DNA from: a virus | Virus record (IMG/VR): IMGVR_UViG_3300009702_000007 | Span: 1-41,110 of that record | DNA: 41,110 nucleotides | Direction: 5' to 3' (one strand) | Part shown: positions 1-7,057 of the stretch, in pieces | Layout: each line of letters opens with the position of its first letter | Position numbering within the stretch: the first letter of the stretch is position 1 | Notes under the pieces: model-generated | The model's input: the letters and a program-made list of their open reading frames with translations, nothing else | Database searches by the model: none | What the model was told of the DNA's origin: nothing | Position numbers and translations under genes: made by a program

Positions 1-123
1 TATGGGAATCCTCGAGTCGCGATACTGGCCGGACAACAGCTATATCGCCGAGATTGCCATCGACGGCGACGCCATCAGCGCCGAGGAGGTGCGCCAGGAA
101 TATCGGCGCATGCTGGTGCACCA
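1..123 (+). repeat. Left copy of the exact 123-bp terminal direct repeat
   Basis: Identical base for base to 40988-41110. It lies inside a coding region, so it looks like a circularisation overlap. Confidence 0.95.
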
Positions 124-1327
124 ACCCGCCGGCGCAACCGTGGTCCGCAACAACCTACCGCCGGGCTCGAGCTACAACCAGCTCGCCAGCAGCCTCGTGC
201 AGAAGCTCATCGCCGCCGAGGGCGACGCGATCGGTCACCTGCTCGCGCTCGGTGCGCAGATGAGCGAGGACTGGCTGCCCGACCGCGCCTATGGTCAGCA
301 CCTCGAACACTGGGAGCGCGTGCTCAAGGTGGCGAGCAGGGCCGACGACACGAGCGCCCAGCGCCGCGCGGTCTGCGTCGCGGCCATGCGCAAGGAGCTC
401 GGCTTTGCGCTCGAGGATATCAAGACGGCGCTCTCTCCACTTCTCGACGTCGACACGAAAGACATCGAGATCGTCGAGTTCACCGGCCTGCGCACCGACG
501 ACTTTTCGACCGACGACATCACGACGCCACCGAGCTCGCTGTGGAGCACCAAGGCGGGCGCCGGGACCATCACGATCGAGGCGGGCCCGTTGCTTCGCCT
601 GGCTATTAACTCGGGCGAAAACGCTCGCTGGTACAACGGCGGCGCGCCACGTCGCGAGGTGGCCCTCGCTGCAAATCTCGGCGAGGACGTGGACGGCGCA
701 ACCATGATGTCAACCGTGGTGCGTACGTCGCCGGCGTCGCCGGGCAACAACCAGGACGTGATCTACGGGCACTTCTGGCGAGACGTCGTCGGCAATGCCG
801 TGATTATCGGTAAGCAGTGGAACCAGGCCGACTCCTATGAGCACGTCGTCGGCTATGAGGTGAGCCTCGACGACGGGATCGCGGCCACGCTCTTTGACGT
901 TGACCCGGGCAGTAGCGGGTTCGACCACATTCTGACCCGCTATGACACCGCTGGGCAGATGTACTACGAGTACGCGAGCACGTTGGGCGGTTTGCTGGGG
1001 TACGGGGGCACAAGCCAGGCCGCGAATCTGAGTTCGCCGCGGTGGGCGGGCCTGTGCATCGTCGGGCTCGACAGCAGCACGTCGGCGGCGTGGGACATCG
1101 ACTTTACGGACTTCCGTCTATTCGAGCCGAAGTCTCCACGGGGACACGTCGCCATCGTCTACCGCGACCCGAGCGACCCGGGCACACCGAAGATCGATCA
1201 AGCCCAGGTTCAGGTTGACCGACAGGGGCCAGCGCACGGGCTGATCCAGGTCGCGACACACAAACAGGGGATGCTCGCCGGGACGGGGCGAGCCGGCAAG
1301 GACCCGGCATTTCCCACGCTCACCTGA
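2..1327 (+). CDS. Distal baseplate/tail adhesin, C-terminal part of the junction-spanning gene (Mu gp48/DUF2313-like segment plus a beta-rich C-terminal domain)
   Basis: Position 2 equals position 40989, in frame with the ORF opening at 40356. The stretch NLPPGSSY...LSEDWLPDRAYGQHLEHWERVL...RRAV matches the DUF2313-type signature. About 250 aa of jelly-roll-like sequence follow. TGA at 1325-1327. Confidence 0.8.
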   Translation: MGILESRYWPDNSYIAEIAIDGDAISAEEVRQEYRRMLVHQPAGATVVRNNLPPGSSYNQLASSLVQKLIAAEGDAIGHLLALGAQMSEDWLPDRAYGQHLEHWERVLKVASRADDTSAQRRAVCVAAMRKELGFALEDIKTALSPLLDVDTKDIEIVEFTGLRTDDFSTDDITTPPSSLWSTKAGAGTITIEAGPLLRLAINSGENARWYNGGAPRREVALAANLGEDVDGATMMSTVVRTSPASPGNNQDVIYGHFWRDVVGNAVIIGKQWNQADSYEHVVGYEVSLDDGIAATLFDVDPGSSGFDHILTRYDTAGQMYYEYASTLGGLLGYGGTSQAANLSSPRWAGLCIVGLDSSTSAAWDIDFTDFRLFEPKSPRGHVAIVYRDPSDPGTPKIDQAQVQVDRQGPAHGLIQVATHKQGMLAGTGRAGKDPAFPTLT

Positions 1328-1330
1328 CCT

Positions 1331-1837
1331 ATGGGCCTACCAGACGCACGAGAATATGATGTCGTTGACGGCGGACCGATCTCGGCGACTATCGCGAACG
1401 GTCTCCAAGACGGCGTCGTTGCCGCGCGCCGCGGTCAGCGCACGTGGCACTACCACCCGAGTGGCTACACGCTGGACGGGAACGCGACGTATATCTCGAG
1501 TGGTGGATATATTCAGTCGTCGACCGCAACCACTGTCACAATTCCACTGCAGGGACTACCGGCCGGAGCGAACATCGACGAGGCCAAGTTCTGGCTCGAC
1601 GAGAACAGCCAGGCGGCGGCCATCTCGTGCCGGCTGATCCAAGCAAACACTGCGTTCACGAATTCCAACATCGACAGCGGAACGTCGGCGGGGGACGGTA
1701 GCGCAAACCAGGTCACGATCACGCCTGATCACCTGCACGAGAATGATTCGGCGCTGGCACTCACCGTCGAAATCCCCAACGCGAGCCAGCGCGTCGGGGT
1801 CGTCCGCGTCAAATGGACGCCGACCCTGCAGACGTAG
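1331..1837 (+). CDS. Hypothetical tail-tip associated protein
   Basis: 168-aa ORF starting 4 nt after the upstream stop. Natural amino-acid composition and high third-position GC. Lies in the distal tail gene cluster. Confidence 0.65.
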   Translation: MGLPDAREYDVVDGGPISATIANGLQDGVVAARRGQRTWHYHPSGYTLDGNATYISSGGYIQSSTATTVTIPLQGLPAGANIDEAKFWLDENSQAAAISCRLIQANTAFTNSNIDSGTSAGDGSANQVTITPDHLHENDSALALTVEIPNASQRVGVVRVKWTPTLQT

Positions 1838-1839
1838 GT

Positions 1840-2247
1840 ATGGCCACAGCCGCACCGGACACTGGGCTCATGAGCATCAAGTATGGGCTCCTGGCGACGG
1901 CGACGATCGTGTCGGGCAAGGAAAATTACATCCGCGTGCCGATCGGGGGACCGACGAGTCTGCACATCGCGTGGGACGCCGTGGTGGACTTCGGTGACAG
2001 CCACGCGATCTACAGCTCGGCGCAGCCCGACCCTGACGTGCCGGCGTTCGACGCCCCCATCACCGCCTATCTCGACCGGTGGTCACTTGAGCCGATCTCA
2101 TTTACCGGCGCTGCGGCGGCGCTGGGCTGCAAGGTGCTGCACCTGGGCAACTGGCGCGCGCCGTGGCTGCTGCTTGCGATCGCTGCGCCCACGGCTGGGG
2201 GCGTCATCGAGATTTACGGCGCCGAGGTCGGCGACAACGTGCGGTGA
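1840..2247 (+). CDS. Hypothetical tail-associated protein
   Basis: ATG at 1840 lies 3 nt after the TAG of the upstream gene. The track start at 1813 would overlap that gene by 25 nt. TGA at 2245-2247. Confidence 0.6.
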   Translation: MATAAPDTGLMSIKYGLLATATIVSGKENYIRVPIGGPTSLHIAWDAVVDFGDSHAIYSSAQPDPDVPAFDAPITAYLDRWSLEPISFTGAAAALGCKVLHLGNWRAPWLLLAIAAPTAGGVIEIYGAEVGDNVR

Positions 2248-2248
2248 C

Positions 2249-3049
2249 ATGACGATCGATCGCTCCATACGTCCGCGCTCGGCGCCAGTTGCGGGGCTGA
2301 TCACCAAGCCCTTCTCGGGGCCGGGGGATGAGTGGCAGCAGTCCCCCCGCACGGCCGCGGAGATGGCGGCGGCGTTTGGCGGCCGCACGCCTGCGGCGCA
2401 CTACCCCTGCCAGGAGTTATCCGGCAATTTGGTAGCTGCGTTCGGCGGCACTGCCGACTTTGTGCCGGGTTCGTATGCTGGCGACGATTTGCCCGCGCAG
2501 GGCCAGCCCACGCCTTATGCTGGCTGGCGAGCAGTCGAGGCCAGGGGAGGGGCGTCAAATAACCGAAGTTATTTTAAGTGCGCGTCGGAACCTGTGTTTC
2601 AGGACAGCGGCACGTCTTACGCGTGGCTCCTTCATGTACGGCTGGGTACGATCACCAATCTCAAGTACCTGCTGGGTCAGAGCGCCGGGGGTAAATACGA
2701 CCTGCTGCGCACGGCTAGCTCAGGCGGGCATTTAGAGTGGATACTCAGCGACGGGGCGATTACCAAGTCGATCAGTGTCGCGCTCGACCATGCCAATACC
2801 GATACCTGGGTGTGGGTGAGCGTAGACCGGGCCTACGACCTGTCGCGCATCCATACGCGACTTGGGTCTGCCACTGTCGATATTTCTGCCCTGGGCATGC
2901 TGACCACATCGGTCCAGTATTTCACCGGATTGTCGAGCGTTGGTACCACCGAGTCCCAGTATCTGGGTCTGTGGTTTTTTAACGACGTCAACGCCGAGGG
3001 CGACCCGTCTGCCGAGTTCACAAACTTTCAGCGGTACGCGGATGCGTAG
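2249..3049 (+). CDS. LamG/concanavalin-like lectin-fold protein (candidate receptor-binding protein)
   Basis: ATG at 2249 lies 2 nt after the upstream stop. The Arg-rich first 122 aa of track ORF 1883..3049 overlap the previous gene and look spurious. The pattern SYAWLLHVRLG...HLEWILSDG...WVWVSVDRAY...QYLGLWFF is typical of LamG jelly-rolls. Confidence 0.7.
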   Translation: MTIDRSIRPRSAPVAGLITKPFSGPGDEWQQSPRTAAEMAAAFGGRTPAAHYPCQELSGNLVAAFGGTADFVPGSYAGDDLPAQGQPTPYAGWRAVEARGGASNNRSYFKCASEPVFQDSGTSYAWLLHVRLGTITNLKYLLGQSAGGKYDLLRTASSGGHLEWILSDGAITKSISVALDHANTDTWVWVSVDRAYDLSRIHTRLGSATVDISALGMLTTSVQYFTGLSSVGTTESQYLGLWFFNDVNAEGDPSAEFTNFQRYADA

Positions 3050-3146
3050 AGACTGGACCGCGCTACTCGACGTCGAGACGCTCGACCTCGTGCACTAGCA
3101 GAGCCACCAGCTCCGCGAGTCGCTCGGCGACGAGCGCACACCAACG

Positions 3147-3338
3147 GTGCTCTATGCCCCGCTCACCGATGGACGCTGGCTCAGTGCCCGCACAACGCCG
3201 GGCACCAACGGGCTTAGTGTGTCGATCTCCCCGGCCGCGCGACGTGTCGCAGCCTGCGAGGAGGACCTGCAGCGCGCCAAGGTTGCCGAGCGCGTCGGCA
3301 TGGTACAGCGCGCACGCAGCATGGTGAAAGAACGATGA
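3147..3338 (+). CDS. Small hypothetical protein (frame ambiguous)
   Basis: GTG start. Its TGA overlaps the next ATG (ATGA at 3335-3338). Third-position GC is only moderate and about equal to the antisense ORF 3063..3362. Confidence 0.3.
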   Translation: MLYAPLTDGRWLSARTTPGTNGLSVSISPAARRVAACEEDLQRAKVAERVGMVQRARSMVKER

Positions 3339-3679
3339 CCGACAAGACCGAGCGCGTCGCAACCGTCTTCGGCGTGGCGCCCGAAAAGCTGCTGCGCGTC
3401 CTCGCGCCGCTCATGACCGCGCTCATTGTCTGGGGCTTCAACACCGAGCTCGACCGCCGCGAACTGCGCTCGAGGCTGACCAAGGTCGAGGGCCAGGTCT
3501 CCACAAACCAGCGGCGGATCGTCGAGACCGAAAAGCTCAGCACCCGGCTCGAGCTTGCGCTGCGCTCAATCAATGCGAGCATCGTCGATCTCAAGAGCGA
3601 CATCAAGGAACTGCGATCTGACCTGAATCTCCAGCTCCAGCGCGCCGCACAGCAGCGCGGGCGCGGACGGAGCCCATGA
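3335..3679 (+). CDS. Lysis-cassette membrane protein: N-terminal TM helix plus coiled coil (holin/antiholin or Mu gp25-like, function open)
   Basis: TM segment LLRVLAPLMTALIVWGF, then a heptad-like region (RSRLTKVEGQV...DLKSDIKELRSDL) and a basic C-terminus. ATGA overlap with the next gene. Confidence 0.7.
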   Translation: MTDKTERVATVFGVAPEKLLRVLAPLMTALIVWGFNTELDRRELRSRLTKVEGQVSTNQRRIVETEKLSTRLELALRSINASIVDLKSDIKELRSDLNLQLQRAAQQRGRGRSP

Positions 3680-4050
3680 CGTGGGCAGCGAGCGACGTCC
3701 TGGCTTTGCTCGGCGGCGCCGGCACCCTCGGGCTCGCGATTGCCGCGCTGGTCTTCCAGGGCCGCTACGCCGGCGAGCGCGACGTCCGCAAGGACCTGCA
3801 GCGCGACGTGAGAGACCTGGACGCAGCCAAGAACACGCTCACCACCGAGCGCAACGACGCCCAGGCCGAGGTCGCACGCCTCACCGAGAGCCTACGCTCG
3901 GCCCATGAACAGCTCGATGCGCTCCGCTCTGATCCTGATGTACGTCGCGATCTGCGCGGCGGCGTGCCGGACCTGTCCGAGACCGACGCAGGTGGAGCTG
4001 ACACGTCGGGGCTGCGCACAAAGCCCCCCATCGCCGCCGATCTCCCTTGA
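3676..4050 (+). CDS. i-spanin (Rz-like inner-membrane spanin subunit)
   Basis: N-terminal TM helix VLALLGGAGTLGLAIAALVF, then coiled coil (DLDAAKNTLTTERNDAQAEVARLTESLRSAHEQLDAL). A lipoprotein ORF overlaps its 3' end in another frame. Confidence 0.8.
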   Translation: MTWAASDVLALLGGAGTLGLAIAALVFQGRYAGERDVRKDLQRDVRDLDAAKNTLTTERNDAQAEVARLTESLRSAHEQLDALRSDPDVRRDLRGGVPDLSETDAGGADTSGLRTKPPIAADLP

Positions 4051-4261
4051 TGCGACCGAGCTGATGAGCCCTGGCACGCTCGGCTGTACGGTCGACGCCA
4101 GTGAGGTGAGCGCATGCCTCGACGCGACGGGCCTGCGCAAGGCGGCGCGCAATGTGCGCGAGGCCTACAACACAGCCGCGCGGCTGTACAACGCGTGCCG
4201 CGACCCGAGCGAGCCCCCGGTGCCCTACCTGCGCCCGACGGTAAGCGGCGCCACACCCTGA
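3905..4261 (+). CDS. o-spanin (Rz1-like outer-membrane lipoprotein), overlapped architecture
   Basis: Signal peptide and lipobox MRSALILMYVAICAAAC. The mature part is rich in Pro and Cys. The gene starts inside the i-spanin gene in a different frame and extends 211 nt beyond it. Alternative ATG at 3917. Confidence 0.75.
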   Translation: MNSSMRSALILMYVAICAAACRTCPRPTQVELTRRGCAQSPPSPPISLDATELMSPGTLGCTVDASEVSACLDATGLRKAARNVREAYNTAARLYNACRDPSEPPVPYLRPTVSGATP

Positions 4262-4276
4262 GCGCAGCATCGGGGC

Positions 4277-4678
4277 ATGAACCACCCGGGCATCAAACTC
4301 TACGCTCTCGCCGTTGCCCTCGGGCTCGGGCTCACCTTCGCCAGCTCGCCGAGCTCGGCGCACCACATCGCGACGCAGCACGTTTTCGTCTCGGCGGCGC
4401 ACGCTCCGTTCGCCGCGGCGCCGCTGGCCAAGCCCGGCGACACGCGCGACGCACAGCCCAAGGCCGACGACTCGAAGCCCTCGCCCTCGCCCTCGCCCGA
4501 CAAGCCGGCTGAAACGCCCTGGTGGCACTGGATCGTCGTCGCGCTCGGCGGTGCGCTCACGTCCGAGGCGGTCTCGAAGTGGACCAAGAACGACGTAATT
4601 CACGGTCTGCTCACGGCCCTGGGGGCGGTCTTGCGTTGGTTGGGCCACGTAAGCACACGTAGCACACGTAAGCAATGA
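4277..4678 (+). CDS. Holin-like membrane protein
   Basis: Three hydrophobic segments (LYALAVALGLGLTFA, WWHWIVVALGGALT, VIHGLLTALGAVLRWLG) and a basic C-terminus (STRSTRKQ). ATGA overlap with the endolysin gene. Confidence 0.6.
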   Translation: MNHPGIKLYALAVALGLGLTFASSPSSAHHIATQHVFVSAAHAPFAAAPLAKPGDTRDAQPKADDSKPSPSPSPDKPAETPWWHWIVVALGGALTSEAVSKWTKNDVIHGLLTALGAVLRWLGHVSTRSTRKQ

Positions 4679-5505
4679 GTCGCCAGAATGCCACCCTGAT
4701 CCGTTTCGTGCGCGAGATACAATACGTGATCGGCGCGGTGGTCGATAGCATCATCGGCGATGAGACACGGCGACTCTGGGCGGCGCATTGTATCGATCGA
4801 CAGCTATCCGCACCAATCACGGCTGTAACGAGCCGAAAGAGGTTTGCGCGCACCGTGCAGGCGGCGCTGGAGGTCAAAGACGACGGCGACCCGGGCCCCA
4901 TCACGTGGGCAGCATGGACGAGGCATGCCTACCCGGAGGTGATAGCGGCAGCCGTTCATCCGCTCCCCATCTATCACGGCGCTAAGCCGGTCATGTCTAG
5001 CGGCTTCAATCGCGCGCTTGGCCCGAACTGGTCGCGTGACCATCATCTGGGCAATGACCTAGAGTATCACTGGGATGGCGAGGGGAGCCCACCCGAGGGG
5101 TGGCTCGAGTATCACTTTGGCTGGCGGCCGGAGCGACGGTTCTATGGGCCGGCGGTGCGGGTGTATGCGGTGCTGCCAGGCGTAGTGCAGTACGCCAAGA
5201 TGCTGGACGTGTCGCCCAAGTGGGGTGGTCCCCGCTGGGCCGTGAAAATCAGTCACGGCACGTGGCCGGGTCTCGGCCATGTGGTGAGCTGGTCTACGCA
5301 CCACCAGAGCGTCCTGGTGGCCGCCGGGGACACGGTGCAGGCGGACACGCCCATCGCGATACTTGGCGACACAGGGGCGCGTGGGGCGCCTCACGACCAC
5401 CACGAGCTGTGGCGATGGCGGGATGGGGAGACGGTGGATCGCCAGACGGCCCCGTTTGACCCGGCGCCAATCTTTGGCCAGCTGTCGTCTCTGGGCCCTG
5501 CCTGA
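4675..5505 (+). CDS. Endolysin: PG_binding_1-like N-terminus plus M23 (LytM-type) metallopeptidase
   Basis: VREIQYVIGAVVDSIIGDETRRLW and VQAALEVKDDGDPGPITWAAW resemble PG-binding repeats. HLGND fits the M23 HxxxD motif and PHDHHE fits HxH. It is the last gene before attP. Confidence 0.8.
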   Translation: MSRQNATLIRFVREIQYVIGAVVDSIIGDETRRLWAAHCIDRQLSAPITAVTSRKRFARTVQAALEVKDDGDPGPITWAAWTRHAYPEVIAAAVHPLPIYHGAKPVMSSGFNRALGPNWSRDHHLGNDLEYHWDGEGSPPEGWLEYHFGWRPERRFYGPAVRVYAVLPGVVQYAKMLDVSPKWGGPRWAVKISHGTWPGLGHVVSWSTHHQSVLVAAGDTVQADTPIAILGDTGARGAPHDHHELWRWRDGETVDRQTAPFDPAPIFGQLSSLGPA

Positions 5506-5534
5506 GCCGCACAAGGCGTCTCAGGACGCTCCAC

Positions 5535-5584
5535 CGGTGAGCGATCTATGCGGGTACTAACGCGGTGAGCGATCTATGCGGGTA
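5535..5584 (+). repeat. Two direct copies of a 22-bp element (candidate integrase arm-type sites)
   Basis: CGGTGAGCGATCTATGCGGGTA occurs at 5535-5556 and 5563-5584, about 70-120 nt from the attP core. Confidence 0.7.
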
Positions 5585-5654
5585 GGCCGCGGCGCAAATG
5601 CGGCACAACCGGCTGTTATAAGTCGACAAGGTTGTAATATTCTAGAGATCGAGA

Positions 5655-5704
<50 letters not shown>

Positions 5705-5760
5705 ACAACAACCGCAGTTACCCGGCGTTGCTGTCGTCGCCGGCGCCGCGCGCTTCGCCA

Positions 5761-5778
5761 TGCTCACCATGCTCACCA
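5761..5778 (+). repeat. Tandem 9-bp repeat (TGCTCACCA x2) in the int-proximal attP arm
   Basis: Read directly from the sequence. Located between the attP core and the int stop codon. Confidence 0.6.
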
Positions 5779-5814
5779 TGAGTGGTGCTGGTTTGCGGCA
5801 CAATGGCGGCACAG

Positions 5815-6843
5815 CTACTTCACCCTCCTGAGCCCCGGCCGGGGCAGCTTGGCGATTGCCGTTTCGTAGTTGTCGAGGCCGAGCTGCGCATAGACGCGCT
5901 CGACCATGCGAGTTGTGTTGCCCATGAGCCGCGCGACGACGAGCAGCTCCTCGCCGGCCTGGGCGAGCCAGCTGGCGAACGTACGGCGCAGGTCGTTGCT
6001 CGTCACCCGGGCCACGCCGGCGGCCTTGCAGAACCGCTCGAGGTCGCGTGTCGAGTTGCGCCAGGGGCCGACCACGAGGCCGTCTGTGCGAGGCGCACGC
6101 TCGAGCATCTCGGCGAGCTCGTCGGCGAGGGGCACGACGCGATCGCGGCGCTGGCGTTTCGTTCCCCGGATTCGGACGTGGCCGTCGTGGCCGTCGTGCA
6201 CGTCTTGCCAGTGCAGTCGCTCGGCCTCGCTTTTGTTGCAGCTGGCGAGGGCGTGCAGCGCGCACCATGTTTGCCGGCGCCACACGAGTGCGGCGCCGTC
6301 GCCGGCGTGCGTGGTCTCGAGGGCCTCGAGCAGCTTGTCGAACTGCGCACGCGTGAGCCAGGTCTCGCGCGGCTTGTAGTCGTTTTTGATCGCCGGAACG
6401 ATCGCCGGCGAGCAGCTGTGCGCCTTGAGCGTGCCGCGGAGCACCATGAGCTCTTTATGGATCGTGTTGGTCTTGGCACCCTCGCCCAGCCGCTGGGCGA
6501 CGTAGGCGTCGACCTGGGCCCGGTCTAGACCTTCGAGCGCCGCGGCGCGACCGAGCACGCGCTGCAGGTGGCCGGCCTTCGTGCGGTAGCTGTCGCGCGT
6601 GCCCTCGGCGAGCGTCGCACACGCCACGTTGACGTAGTGCGAGACGGCGACGTCTATCCGCGTTGCGGCGGCTTTGTCCGCGGCTGGGTCAATGGCAAGA
6701 CGCTCGAGCTTGCGGAGCTTCGCTTTGGCGACGTGGGCGCTCGTCGTACGGAGCGACGGCCGGCGCCGGCGCTGCTTGCCGTCTGGCCCGAGGACGTAGT
6801 AGTCGGCGTAGTAGATGCCGCCGCGTTTGTAGATCCGGGACAC
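5815..6843 (-). CDS. int: Tyrosine recombinase (phage integrase)
   Basis: 342 aa. N-terminal SAM-like region, catalytic-domain motifs (...NDLRRTFASWL..., ...LMGNTTRMVERVYAQL with the Tyr). GTG start preceded by AGGAG-6 nt. Adjacent to the tRNA-derived attP. Confidence 0.92.
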   Translation of the reverse strand: MSRIYKRGGIYYADYYVLGPDGKQRRRRPSLRTTSAHVAKAKLRKLERLAIDPAADKAAATRIDVAVSHYVNVACATLAEGTRDSYRTKAGHLQRVLGRAAALEGLDRAQVDAYVAQRLGEGAKTNTIHKELMVLRGTLKAHSCSPAIVPAIKNDYKPRETWLTRAQFDKLLEALETTHAGDGAALVWRRQTWCALHALASCNKSEAERLHWQDVHDGHDGHVRIRGTKRQRRDRVVPLADELAEMLERAPRTDGLVVGPWRNSTRDLERFCKAAGVARVTSNDLRRTFASWLAQAGEELLVVARLMGNTTRMVERVYAQLGLDNYETAIAKLPRPGLRRVK

Positions 6844-7043
6844 TGCTGACTCCTGATCCAGTCGTTAAGGTGCTGCTCGCTCACGCGAATCGAGCGGCCA
6901 AGGTAGACGTGAATCATCTGCCGCATCAACCGATAGGCCGAACTGCGTGAAACCTTGAGCCGTTGGGCGACCTCCTTGGCGCCGAGCAGCTGGCTCACTA
7001 GTCGAGCTCCAACAGCGAGAACCGGACGCCGGTGCCCGTGCAC
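6654..7043 (-). CDS. xis: Excisionase-type HTH protein (HTH_17/MerR-like) with a long tail overprinting the int 5' end
   Basis: LLGAKEVAQRLKVSRSSAYRLMRQMIHVYLGRSIRVSEQHLNDWI matches the excisionase-family HTH pattern. No in-frame stop occurs until 6654, 190 nt inside int. Likely start is GTG 6998 or GTG 7043. Confidence 0.7.
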   Translation of the reverse strand: MHGHRRPVLAVGARLVSQLLGAKEVAQRLKVSRSSAYRLMRQMIHVYLGRSIRVSEQHLNDWIRSQQCPGSTNAAASTTPTTTSSGQTASSAGAGRRSVRRAPTSPKRSSASSSVLPLTQPRTKPPQRG

Positions 7044-7057
7044 CCCTGGGCCATGGG

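Noticed and set aside
1-3049. A diversity-generating retroelement or other hypervariation system acting on the lectin-fold tail proteins.
   Set aside because: No reverse transcriptase gene occurs anywhere in the window. I noticed no template/variable repeat pair by eye. A computational self-alignment would be needed to exclude short TR/VR pairs.
3063-3362. 99-aa minus-strand ORF between the LamG-like gene and the lysis cassette.
   Set aside because: Its start would overlap the divergent start of 3335..3679 by 28 nt. The translation is Arg/Cys/His/Ala-rich. Its third-position GC (about 70 percent) is no better than the plus-strand alternative, which has an ATGA junction. The region stays ambiguous.
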